DNA of 57,966 nucleotides, counting the filler, from Sphacelaria rigidula (lineage: Eukaryota): assembly GCA_964200075.2 (NCBI GenBank). It is 8 parts of 8 records of this genome, joined end to end, with 100 filler letters (N's around TTAATTAATTAA, not from the genome) between each part and the next. Parts side by side here need not be neighbours in the genome. Positions count along the whole stretch, not along the records: positions 21,780 to 28,937 come from CAXNAA020016202.1; positions 29,038 to 36,195 come from CAXNAA020016203.1; 6 more parts are not named here. One strand, given 5' to 3'. Below, in pieces: positions 24,101 to 35,804 of the stretch (the stretch's first letter is position 1; each line of letters begins with the position of its first letter). A program made the translations under genes and the position numbers. The notes below the pieces were generated by a model. The model was given only the letters and a program-made list of their open reading frames with translations. It made no database searches and had not been told where the DNA came from.

Positions 24101-25458
24101 GTTCTGTGCAATGACTCGCTGAATCGGTGGTGGGTACAACATTTACTTGAGCGGGCGAACATGAGGAACTCCGCATATCTACCAGGCAAACAAACCGCAG
24201 GGTTCTAGACACCCTCGTATAGCATCCTTGTTCGGTCGGCAGCAGTGTTGGTAACCCCATGAGTGTACACGGGAGCGTTGACTGAGCAACGATCTGACTA
24301 AGAGTCGGATGCTTTGCACCATGGGCGTGACTGTATAATATGAATGGTATGTATTCTACAGCTCAGGCTGGACAGGTTTGTAAGCTCAGAAATGGTAGGG
24401 TCCAAGATACGAAGCTCATCCGCCGCCACAATATGACAAGTTATCCGTTGGGGATGTTTGTTCATGGCGACTGTGCGAAAACAGGTAAAGAAGTTGGAAA
24501 CTCTAATAGTCACGTAGGCTCGACTGAGACAACCACTCTCCCTTGCTGATCCGCACTGCCATATGCACCCTTGAAATAGCATGCACATGTGTCGATGGGC
24601 GGGAAATGTAGGTTCGACTCTTTACGCATCTACACGTGATCAATGATCGCGAGCGTAAGGGGCGGATGGCTTGGAGCGCGTTTTGGTCAGTTGTGTACCG
24701 TAATTGCTTAGCACACCGTCCGCACGACTACACCATGTCGATCATGGCTTCCCATGGAGCGGACAGTAGGGTCTACGTGTCGAACAGTTTCCGGTCAGAA
24801 CTCAGAATACGAAATAGCTGAATGTGTCTGGTGTCTTTTCCTCGTGGATCCATGAAGTAGTAGCGCAGCCCGCAAGCTGTGTATGAACGAACGGTCACAG
24901 TATAGACTGGATCCTCAGCAATGCATGGCTTGGATGTAAGCCCACTCGGGAGCAGCTGTGTTATCAAGAGACACATGGAAGCATTTAACACCAGACGGAA
25001 CATACGATCGTGATCATTCGAAAACCCACACCCTTCACCCGTCATCAGTTTACACAGAGATTCTTTACGAGCCGGGCCAGCCTAGGAGCGGATTTGGAGT
25101 TTGCAGGCAATTCGAAATTTTATACTTAGTGTTGGACACTGAAAATTGGTATGGACATTCCATAGGGCATAAAAACAAATTAAGTATGGAGCCATTTTGT
25201 TTTTTGTGATTCAACGGCGTAACCCTTTTGGGACTGGAGCTCAGTAACAAGGGGTTCATACAGTAAACGTCGCTATTATGGAACAGTACTAATTACGGAA
25301 CCCTTCTTGTTTATCGTCCATAACTCCGCGAAATATGAATCGATTTCCAATCTGTTTTTTGCTGCGTGTGCACAAGAGCACGGTGCTTCTTTTGAGGTAC
25401 TGCACGTGCTCACAGCATCGGAAAACACCATCCCACAGCACTGTGAATAAGCGCGTGT

Positions 25459-26005
25459 GTGTCCTTGTCCAAAAAGAGCATTTGGGTCGACCGGCTGCTA
25501 AGCATGAAGAGGGCAAGGATGGACGCAGAACGTGCAGCAGAGGTCGTAGAAGCGGTACGCAGCCGTCGCGTGACCTTCCATTCTGCTGCAAAGACCTTTG
25601 ACATCTCCGTTGGTTCGCTACAGAAGCGTGTCAGTGGCGGCGTGGGCAAAGCTGGCAGGGTTGGTCTGGGTACTGTACTGTAGATGGAGGAAGAAACTTC
25701 CATCGAAGATAATATGCTGAAATTTGCCGCAGCGTCAACGGGCCTAAATAAAGATGGCCTGAAACAGGCGATCATGACAATCTGCAGCGACAACCGACCG
25801 GTGCCATAGGACCAGACAGTAGGCTCAGGTCGAATATGGCTTGAGTTGTTCCTTTGGAGGCACCCGCGGCTAGCGCAGCAACCGCATCTACCAGGCCGAC
25901 AGGGTGGTGCGGCCGACGAAGAAGATCGCATGCCAGAGTTTTATGCTGCCTGTGAGGACTACGTGCACAAGGAGAAGCCAGCAACCGTCCACAGATGGAA
26001 CACCA
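25459..26005 (+). pseudogene. pogo/Tigger/Fot1-like transposase pseudogene (HTH-psq + CENP-B HTH); resumes at 26859 with TDETG
   Basis: One frame with two in-frame stops: AVRSRRVTFHSAAKTFDISVGSLQKRVSG...GTVL*MEEE...WLELFLWRHPRL...WNT|insertion|DETG. Candidate TA|CAGTAAACGTCG terminus at 25261. Confidence 0.8.
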
Positions 26006-26858
26006 CACGTGGACAAATAGCACTCTGTGGGGTACGTCTACAGGGTTCAGGGAAACTGTGCAGTGTTTCTCGCGGAGATCTGGCTGTAGTTTTTGTTTTT
26101 GCGCCCCACAGGACGCTTCACAGGGTTTCAGGGAAATTGTGCAGGGTTTCTCGCGGGGATTTCACTGTAGGGTATTATTTTGTGTCACACAGGGCGCTTC
26201 ACAGGGTTTTGTCACTCCATGTAGAATTTATCGCTGTTAATATGTTGTACAGCCTTTGCAGCGCACATATGATATACTCCCTACAGCATGGGCATGGTAC
26301 TGGCAGAAAAAATGGTCACGAAATTACAGCAGTGGGACTCGAATTCACGATTCTGTGTTTCACAGTGCATCAGTGTGCACATTGAGCTACCTGGCTTGAT
26401 GTTATGTGCAAAATGTGTTGTGCTTTTGATAACTATCAAGCAAAAACTGCTTTAAACAGAAGCATAATCGGTTGAGTGATTTTGGTAGACTGCGTACCAC
26501 GGGGTTTTCAAAAGCAATGTACGGTCATATTCGAGGTATACACCCTTCCGCTAACATCTCATCACGCCAAGTCTGTGCTTGAAGCACAGGTATGGACATA
26601 CACACGTAACCAACGTGTGGGATCTCTACTCAGGGAAATCTGTTGAGAAATATTCATCCTTTGGGGCTATGGGATGAAATGCTCTCAACATTTTTTATTG
26701 CGTATATGATCCACAGGGTTGCTTGCAGGGTTTCGACAGAAACACTATGCAAAATGCTATTACAGGTACTAGGGTTTGCAAATGCTGCACAGGGGCTTTC
26801 ACAAAGACTGTGGAGAACCCTGTGCAGCTCGTCCTACAGGGTGCTATTTGTCCACGTG
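26006..26858. mobile_element. 853-bp non-autonomous DNA transposon (CACG termini; CMC/Chapaev-like by inference)
   Basis: TIR CACGTGGACAAATAGCAC(T/C)CTGT at both ends; repeated internal CAGGGTTT motifs; interrupts the pogo ORF. Confidence 0.85.
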
Positions 26859-27799
26859 ACTGATGAGACAGGTTCTTTACAGTCTGTCAAAAGCCGTTCC
26901 GTTTATATGGTACAACGCATGTGTCTAGAGCTAGAGCCAGAGACTGTTGCCATGGAGTGGTGTTTGTCTGCTCTCAGTTATGCTGCGTTTGAGACGGCAT
27001 TATTCTCGCCGCTTTCTTGGCCGACGAAGCCCTTGGCGTGTGCCTGCTCATTGCTGTCTCGGCGTGTTCTGTTGCTTGCACTTACTCTTCACGAGTATAG
27101 AGATACTGCCTATACTGTGTGCAGAGGTGTTGCAAGTACCGCGGTTAGAGGTGGTGTCAGTATTATGCGTACCACTCGATACTCGACGTACTACTCTGTA
27201 CCGTGCTCCCCTCTCTCTCTCCCCCCCTCCCTACACCCGCCACTCGTGGACATCTTCGCCGTAGGTGTTACTTCGCAAGAGACCAGGGCGTGGAAGGCCA
27301 TCGCCGAAAAAGATTCCGTGAAGTTGTCGCTGCTTGGTTTGCTCTGTTTCGTGCTCGCTGCTGTCTGCGAACTGCGTCTGCGGTTTTTGTAGTCATGGTC
27401 GATTTTGGTGATAATTTTGGGTGTAGGGGGGAGGGAGGGGGGGGGCGGGGGGGCAAGAAACGTTTTTCACTGCAACTCGGTCACATCCGTCGAACACCAA
27501 CTTTTGCGAGGAATATGTCGAAACTAATTCCCCTTGGTTGAGTAGCTCAAAACAACGAAAATCATAGAGCTTTACGAACGTGTTCGTCGACTTCGGCGTT
27601 GCCAAACATGGAGAAGAATGCTAAAAATTGTTCCGAAAATCCGGGACAGGCCAATTTTATCTCCGAACTGACACTTTTCCCTCTTCTGTGCCGGAAAGTG
27701 ATGCATTGTGATGCATTGTGATGCATTGCGATGCGTAAAGATTTGTGCCACAGGAAACTATCTGGCACGTCCCACTTCTAGGTGTTTCGTTTCCGTAGC

Positions 27800-28455
27800 C
27801 ATTGTCGATTTGTGGTGATGAGGGGGCATCACTCAACGTGCGTCATGGTACCTTAATCGTAAGGCATGAACACCAGAGTTTAGGAGAGTACCGTCAAATG
27901 TATTTCGATGGGTTAATGAAGGAGAAGAAGAAAAAAACGTCTTCGTCGAGTACGGCGTTGCCATTCACAGACACGATGGCCATTTTCCCCCCAAAAACTA
28001 GAGGATGGGCCATTTTCATCCCCGCATAATTGTTATTTTTTTCAAAGTGGATTCCACTAGTCTTATAAATATTTTCACCAAAGGAGAAGGTCTAAAACGT
28101 CCCAGGGGTTCCATTTTCGTGGTCATTATCGATTTCTGGTGGAAAATGAGTGATTGGGGAGCATCACTCAACGTGCGTCATCGAGTACCTTCATCGTAAC
28201 CGATGAACACCAAACTTTGAGAGATAACTGTCAAAACGTATTCCCATGGGTTGAAGAGGAAAAAAAGGAAAAAAGTAGTCTTCGTCGAGTACGGCGTTAC
28301 CAAACACCGACTTGATGGTGAAATTTGTTCCGAAAACCAGAGGATGGGCGATTTTCATCCCCGCATGATCTTTTTCTCCTCTTTTGTTTTACTTCGAAAC
28401 GAACCGCACTAATCTCATACACATCCGTACCAAAGGAGAAGGTTTAAGGTGTCTA
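27800..28455. repeat. Diverged tandem duplication, period ~335-350 bp
   Basis: gcatcactcaacgtgcgtcat, gtcttcgtcgagtacggcgtt, agaggatgggc.attttcatccccgcat and accaaaggagaaggt each occur twice in the same order. Confidence 0.85.
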
Positions 28456-29204
28456 AGGTGGCGAGAAATCAACTGCTGCGTAGAGTTCATCGTAATTGAA
28501 ACAGAGGGTTTTCTGGCCGCATTTTTATCGTCAACGGAGCCATACTCCACATTTATTCCTGCAACTTGGTTTGATTATTTTTCAATTTTGAAACGCTTAG
28601 GTGATGGAGGATTAAGTTGTCTCTCTCCGGACACTCTAGACATTGTTCTACGTGTCGCGGTTCCCACGAACCAGAGTTTTCATGTCAGGTGCCTGAAGTG
28701 TACCTTAATTGGGACATATCCCTCTGAACCCAAACATCAGGCGCTGTACGACCACTTTTTTCGTGACACTGTTGGGCTGTTTTTTTGAGGGGGGTATCGT
28801 AGAAAGTATCAACAGTATTTTGCAGGCCACTCACCTGCCCACGTTCAACAGTGTTTTCGTGATATAACAGCCGATCCTAATTTTTGGGGTTGAAACAAAA
28901 TATGAGGTTGAAGTCCCATCCCTCCATTGCAGGGAAGNNNNNNNNNNNNNNNNNNNNNNNNNNNNNNNNNNNNNNNNNNNNTTAATTAATTAANNNNNNN
29001 NNNNNNNNNNNNNNNNNNNNNNNNNNNNNNNNNNNNNCTGCCAGAAAGAAGGAAGAGATATACCAGTCGTTGAAAGGAGGAGGAAGTAGATGGACAGAAA
29101 TGCCTCTGTGGCAAAGCAATAGGGAGAATAAGTCATGTAGTGGCAGAATGTAAAGTATACAAGGAGGAAGGAGACGTGCTTCTGGTAGCTATTCACAACT
29201 GTTA

Positions 29205-29372
29205 CACGCCCTACAAATTTGGATTTCGATAACCAATATATTGGGGTCCTGAATGAAGAAACAAATATGGGGAATTCAGGTGATCCGATCGGATCGCCAA
29301 AATTCTCCGGAATAGGTTTTTGACCTAGGACCCCAACATTTCGGATATCGACATCCAAATTTGTATGGCGTG
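29205..29372. mobile_element. 168-bp MITE with TA TSD
   Basis: TA|CACGCCCTACAAATTTGGATTTCGATA ... TATCGACATCCAAATTTGTATGGCGTG|TA. Confidence 0.8.
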
Positions 29373-29986
29373 TAGTAGTTGTTTTAACCGCCAGTAAATG
29401 AAGGAATATAACCATATTTCGGATATTTGGTGGGGGTACGAAGATTTGAATTCTCCAGGTTCTCACCCTGAATGAAAAGCTCCATCCTCAATTGCGATGA
29501 TCGGATGGTCGATCTGAATCGCGACCAATATATATTGCTGATTACAACAAAAGCTGAATGGCGTCGATTACTAGCTATATATGCACATTTTTCGGTGCAT
29601 TTATTTGTATTATAGAACCCCCTTATTCCACAGAAACCATGGCCAGCGATTACCTCAGGCAGTTGCGTATTTGTTTTGTGTGAGGGGTATTATTGCCATG
29701 GATGCCATAAGACCACTCTAGTGAGCAATATATTTATCCAAAACCCATCGTTGCCGTCACTGGCTATCGACAGATGCTCCCTGGAACAATCGATTGTTGA
29801 CGGCAATGGCTATTACTGATGGATACCCCGAAATCCAATGTTGGCGGTAGAGGCCATCGATATAGATCGTCCACCTAATAAATCTATTATTGATGAAGGC
29901 GAAGGCTGACGGTAGACGGCTCACCAAATATATTGATGGCGGCAGTGGCTATCGATAGATTGCTCGCCAAATCTTTTGATGACGGA

Positions 29987-30258
29987 TGTGACGAAAAAAC
30001 GCCGTTAGGTTAAGTTGGTAGTGATAATCTGAATGATGACTCGAGGCACGGGGATTCTGGAGGATTTTGGGAGGATTCTGGATAATAATGACCAGGACAC
30101 GGGGATGATACCCTGCGTGCCTCGGAGATAGGTGCCTGGAGAGGCAGTCCTGATAATATGCGATGTTGTAAAGGCTGACAACTGAAACTGAGGCCAGTGA
30201 GACTGGGGAGTCCCTCAACAGCAGTGATCCACCAATCCTTCTTCTGGCTGGTATCACA
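29987..30258 (+). repeat. 5' LTR
   Basis: TGTGACG...TATCACA; about 90% identical by eye to 34610-34877. Confidence 0.93.
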
Positions 30259-30784
30259 CTATCGATATTCGTGCTAGTGTTATAAATAGTACCTAGCAAA
30301 ACCTGCCGGAAGGATTTCGGCGGAGAGCCTGGCGGCTGGGGACAACCTGAAGCATCACGGACGCGTGGAGGGGTTCAAGCTGGTTGTAGCTGCAGAAACG
30401 CGGCTGACCTGTGATTGATCCAGACTGGAGACTTGCTGAAGCTGCGTGCAGCGAAAGTTTGGAGACTCCTACGACTGTGTGGTACGGCGACGAAGCAAGG
30501 AAGTGTGCCATTCGCGAAGGTCCGCTAGTCTGCGAAAGGTTCGCAGGTAGCCGGTTGCAGCAATGGCGACCGGCTCGTGGCGTACGACCAGCGTGACACC
30601 CGTGGTTATGTAGGAAGAGTTGAGACCTCCCCAATACCGGGGTAGGTACTCCAAGAGTGCACCTCGCACTTTTTATACGAAGTACTCGGAGTACAGACAG
30701 CGGGTGGAGCATGCTGACGCAGGGGTTGCAGTGCTATACCAGGTAGTGTTGATGGCTCAATAAATACCGACGTACCTGCAAAGA

Positions 30785-31860
30785 GTGTTTGCGCGTGTGG
30801 AACATGAAAAAAGCACAATCACCCCGCCGCAATTGGTTGCGGCGATGAACAAGCATACTGGGCATGCAGCGGGTACTTGCCACTGTTGTGGCCAGGTTTT
30901 CTATTACGCGCGCAATTGCCCAACATCTTCCGGTGGAGAGCCTGGGTGGTCTCATGCCGCGCGCCATCAGCATCGTCAGCACAAGGGCGAAATACGAGAT
31001 AGTCAGGGTGGTGGCGGCGGCGGATCCCCCGACGGTGGAGGGTCGCAGTCGAGTCCTCAGCAGCAGTAGCAGCGGCGGCGCAGCGTGGGTCTGGTTCTGG
31101 GTCCGGCGCCGCCGTAGGTGCTGCTGCTCCGGAACGCGCGGTGCAGGTGGGGCCGATTTCTACAGTGTCGAACACTGCGCCGGCGCCGATGGTGGCGCCG
31201 GTAGTGACACCAGCAGCAGCGCCAGGCACGACGCCTGCTGATGCGCTGGTCGGAGGGTCGCCGAATTCTTGGTCGGCTGGCTGGGGGTCGTACCTGCCGG
31301 CGGTGCCGTTTCAACCTGCCGGGACGTCTTCGCCTGCGCAGCTTGCGCAGCTGTGGCGTCAAGTGAGATCAGCGGCGCATCAGTTGGCGAATAAAGTGCC
31401 AGTGGAGTTTGCGGACAGATACGTTCCTGCGGAGCTGTGTCTTCCAAATCAACGGGAGCGTGGAGCCATTGCGGTTCGAGCTAAGTGGGATTTCTGGCGC
31501 CCACATGACGGATCATGCGAGTGGAGTCGTGAGTGGAGTCTGTCGGTACAGATTGTGGACATGTTGGAGCGTCTTCTCCCGGGTGTGCCGCTGCGCAAGC
31601 CGTTTTCGCTCGGAGCGCGACAGGCCGTCACGGCGTCGAGCCAGCATGTTAACGTCACAGAGCGCACTGTTCCGCTGCAGCTAACTTTCACTACTTCTTG
31701 GGAATCGGCGCCGTTGCCTCCGATCTCGTTTGCGATCATGCTGGGGTCGGATGGCGTCATTCTTCTGGGGCTGCCGACGCTTCAGGATCTTGGAGTCGAC
31801 CCGTATGTGCGATTGTGGGACTCCATGAAGACGCGGATGTCTCCGCCTGGTCCGCGCTTG
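30785..31860 (+). pseudogene. gag zinc knuckle and aspartic protease remnants
   Basis: CHCCGQVFYYARNC (degenerate CX2CX4HX4C); frameshifted D-S-G-A site near 31489; ILLGLPTLQDLG protease C-terminal motif. Confidence 0.75.
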
Positions 31861-32229
31861 GAGACGCCCGCCGTTTTAGGCAGTCGTCGCGTGAGCTTGT
31901 CAGTTAATGTTTTTCAGGAGGCTGGGGTGCAGGTGATCGAGGAGCGGGATGCGGCGGTGGAACGCTCAGTAGAGCGCGACCCGATATGTTCATGGACCCG
32001 GCGGAGGAGGAGTCCGCTCGGAAGATCGCGCTGGAGGAGAGCGTGACGCGTGCTGTGGCGAAAGGCCTCATCGTTTCAAAAATATATATGTTAATGGTTC
32101 TGGCGGAAGAGGAGTCCGCTCGGAAGGTCGCGCTGGGGGAGAGCGTGACGGATGCTGGGGCGAAAGGTCTCAGCATCTCAAAAGCGGAGCGCCTGCGCGG
32201 CATATTGCACCGCCGCGTCAACGCGTTTC

Positions 32230-32910
32230 GTCGTGCGCTGCGGGGTGATCCCCCTGCGCGTGTGGAGTCCATGCGGGTTCAGCTACAACCTGGGGCGTCC
32301 GCGGCGAAGACGAAGTCGCGGCGGTACGATCCAGTAAAGTCGAGTTGGTTGGCGTCGTGCATGGCGGCTCTTTTGGCGCTCCGGTTGTTGTTACGGAACT
32401 TGCAGGCGGGGTTGTCCAGTCCGGATATGGTGGCTCCAAAAAAGCTGCATCGTGGACGGAGGGCAGGCTGCAGGCGTGGGTGGTAGCGAAGGATCTGGTG
32501 GCTCATGCCGTGACGCTGTTCCATCCTCGTCCTGATCGTCAGGTGCTAATGTTCCCGGATGCATCTGAGTGCCGTTGGGGTAGTTTTGTCACGCAAGTGC
32601 CTCAAGTTGAATTGCAAAGACGCTTGCCGATCGAGGATATGACGCATGAACCGCTGGCTTCCCTCAATGATAACTTCAAGGTTTCGCAGTTGCGTTGGGC
32701 CACAGTTGGCAAGGAAAGTTTTGCTGTCGTGAGCGCTTTTCGTGGTTTGGAACATCTTTTGTGGGATGGCGAGGACATTTTCACGGATCGTCGAAATTCG
32801 CGTGTATTTTCAACCCGGAAGTGTGCAATTCGTCTGTGTCGAAGGCATTGGCACAACGTTTTACCATATTTCGGGTGATCGTAACGCATGGGGTGTCTTG
32901 GTTTCGCGTT
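32230..32910 (+). pseudogene. RT N-terminal stub fused to RNase H
   Basis: GDPPARVESMRVQLQPG...SSPDMVAPKK jumps to WTEGRLQAW...MFPDASECRWG...SQLRWATVGKESFAVV...IFTDRRN. No YxDD motif. Confidence 0.85.
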
Positions 32911-33125
32911 GGGTGAATATCCCGGCTTTGCCTATGAGCGCTGTGGCTGTGTATGGTCCGTGTGAAGCTGATGACTCGATGCCGTCCAAATCTGTTGTCC
33001 GCCAAGCGCAACGAAAAGACCTTGGGGCCACTGATGCTGATGTGTAATCTTTTGAGTTGGACGTCGGTACTGCTATCTTGGACAATGAAGGTCTGTTCCG
33101 TGTGCATGTGCGTGGCTGAAACGTT

Positions 33126-34535
33126 TTGTGGATTCCGAGTTCTGACAAGCAGTTGCAGGTACGCCTAATGGTATGCGCGCACATGCGCGACGCCGGGCAT
33201 CGTGGTGTGGCTGCGACGCTCGTGCGCTTGCAAGCGTTTTGTGTCTGGCAGGAGATAGGAACTCATGTACGCGAATTTGTCCGCCAGTGTCTTCACTGTG
33301 CTGACTCGAGGGCGGGCGATGTTGTTCTCCGCCCGCTCGGCGAAACGGTCCATGGGACCATGCCGAATGAAGTCGTTCATTTTGACTTCTTGTACGTGGG
33401 CGAGAGTGGCCCGCTAGCTTCCCAAGGTTTGTCGGAGGATGCTAGGTTTCGATGCATTTTGATAATCATGGATGATTTGAGCGACTTCGTGTCTCCGGAA
33501 CCAGTAGCAGTGTGTGCTGCTGAATCGACCGCTGCATCTTTGCTGAATTGGTGCAAAACTTGGGGGTGCCGCGCGTGTGTGTGAGTGATACCGCCACGCG
33601 TTTTCAAGAATGTGATCTTCGTCCGATTGCAAGAGGCTTTGCACGTTGATCACCATTTTGCGGTGGCGCATTCTCCGTGGTTTAATGGCACGTGCGAACG
33701 CATGGCCAAGGAAGTAGTTCGTGCTCTTCGCTCTATTCTTCTCGAGCAGCGTAGAGCTGTTTCCGAGTGGGTGGGCGTGTTGCCTGCGCTGCAATGGGCG
33801 CTCAATACAGCACATCGTCGTCGGTACGATAGTACGCCGTACCACGTGATGTTTGGTCGTGCTCCTCGGACGTCTTTCTCGGTGCTGGCGTCTTCGTCGG
33901 CGGGGGAATGGAAGTGTGATGTTTTGGACGATGTTCAAATTAAGCGTGCATTGCAAGGGGTGTTGGACTTGCAAGAACGTTTCCACGTTCAAGTGCAGGA
34001 CCGTGTTGCCGCTGAACGTGCGCGTAGACGTGAGGGGTCCTCGTCGGGGCTGGAACTGCCGAATTTTGAGGTAGGCGATTATGTCTTGTATGCACGCGTG
34101 CGTCGTCCGGGTGTTACGCCCAAGTTGATGGCGATGTGGACTGGTCCACGGAGAGTGGTTGGGGCTCACCACCCGCACGTGTTTGAGATTCAGAACATTG
34201 TTTCGGGCCGTGTTCAGACCGCCCAGGTAGCTCGTTTACGTTTTCATGCAGACTCGCAGCTTAATGTCACGGCTGATGTTAAGGACGTGTTCCAGCATGC
34301 TTTCAATCAGGGGCAATTTCAGATGGCTGATATTGTCTGAGTAGCAAAAGCAGACGATCGTCCGTTGATCGTGTTGGTCGACTGGGTTGGTTTCGAAGTC
34401 GAGGAGCGTAAGTGGGAGCCTTTCAAGGATATTTTTTAGGCCGCTCCGGAATGTCTTCCGAAGGAGTTGCGTAAATTGCGCGTGGCTCGTGCCGTTACTA
34501 TTCGCATTTCGAGTGAGTTTGGTATTCAGTTGTGA
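33126..34535 (+). pseudogene. Integrase (HHCC, DDE core, GPY/F-like) plus C-terminal chromodomain; frameshifted with stops
   Basis: H...GHRG...CLHC; HFDFLY...MDDLS; SPWFNGTCERM; WTGPRRV; VLVDWVGFEVEERKWEP read through stops. Confidence 0.9.
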
Positions 34536-34609
34536 CTTACTCATCGTTTTGGCGTTTTTTACGTGTCAAGCCTGTTGATCTATTTTCGTCCAACGCGCTT
34601 TGGGGGTCC

Positions 34610-34877
34610 TGTGACGAAAAAACGCCGTTACGTTGAGTTGGTAGTGATGATCTGGATAATGACTGGGGGCAGGGGGTTCTGGAGGATTCTGGGAGGATTC
34701 TGGATGATGACCGGGACACGGGGATGATGTCCTGCGTGCCCCGGAGATTGGTGCCTGGAGAGGCAATCCTGATAATATGAGAATGTTGTAAAGGCTGACA
34801 ACTGAAACTGAGGCTAGTAGACTGGGGAGTCCCTCAACAGCAGTGATCCACCAGTCCTTCGTCTGGCTGGCGTCACA
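34610..34877 (+). repeat. 3' LTR
   Basis: TGTGACG...CGTCACA, perfect 7-bp terminal inverted repeat. Confidence 0.93.
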
Positions 34878-35211
34878 CGGCAATGGCCATTGATGGATGG
34901 CTCACCAAATCTATTGATTACGCCAATGGTGACCGATAGATACATCCCAGAATCTATTGCGGTATACGATGTCCATCGATGGCCAGTGATGATCTCAATT
35001 TACTTTAATGGCCGTAAACTATTGATCGGCTCTTGCAACATCTGATGTCCCCTGCAATACATATCAAAGTTGTTCACCACCTCTTCTTGTGTGCAACAAT
35101 ATGTATCGATAGGTGTTACCCCGCGTCTTTTACTGGAGCGATAGACTATTATTGTGTCCATTTTCCAACGTGCGGTGTCTTCACAACAACAGCCGTTCAG
35201 ATATTTCTGTA

Positions 35212-35804
35212 CGAGCTGGGCCAGCCTAAAAGCTGCTAAAACTTGCTCACACCACAGCTTCCCCAGTTTCCCGAATGAACCCGATGTAAGCATATCACTG
35301 TGAAGTGTAGACTAACCTGGTGACACACGGCAACGCCGTTGAATGAAAATAAAAAATGAAAAAAATGTTCTGCATAATGTATGACCTTAACGATGGGCGA
35401 AAAAAAAAAGAGAATCTGTCGGGATTCGAACTCATGACCTTCATAATTGGAGTCTCTCATCACTTGATTTATAGGGGTGCAGCAGCGTCACGGAAAATGT
35501 TAAACGCACGGCCGGATTCGACGAGTCTTGAGCTGAAATTCCAGGAATACCTTCTGCGCCCAAGGGACTGATACTTCACGAGAGTCCAGCTGCAGGTTCT
35601 CCTTTTTTTCCTGGTTATCTTGTTTTTGCTGAAATTTCAAATGCCCACAACTTCTTATTGTTATATTTTTTCATTGGCTGGACCCGTGATCTTCTGCATT
35701 TTGATCAAGAACAGCTGCTGTCAAAATTTCAGCGCCCAACTCCTGATACCGCGTCGGGCGTCGCCTGAGCGAGATTCACACGTACTCATGGCTGGCCCAG
35801 CTCG
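35212..35804 (+). mobile_element. MITE family A copy
   Basis: TA|CGAGCTGGGCCAGCC ... GGCTGGCCCAGCTCG|TA, colinear with 2997-3593. Confidence 0.9.

Larger units (their letters stand above)
29987..34877 (+). mobile_element. Ty3/Gypsy chromodomain-bearing LTR retrotransposon, degenerate, RT core deleted
   Basis: Two ~270-bp TG...CA LTRs, 4-bp TSD CGGA/CGGC, domain order gag-PR-(RT start)-RNaseH-integrase-chromodomain, G-rich tract before the 3' LTR. Confidence 0.95.

Noticed and set aside
26643..27392. 249-aa ORF as a gene
   Set aside because: It spans a MITE end and downstream sequence; only TDETG is meaningful, as the remainder of the transposase.
30250..30258. TGGTATCA as a tRNA-Met PBS
   Set aside because: It aligns with TGGCGTCACA at the end of the 3' LTR, so it lies inside the LTR.
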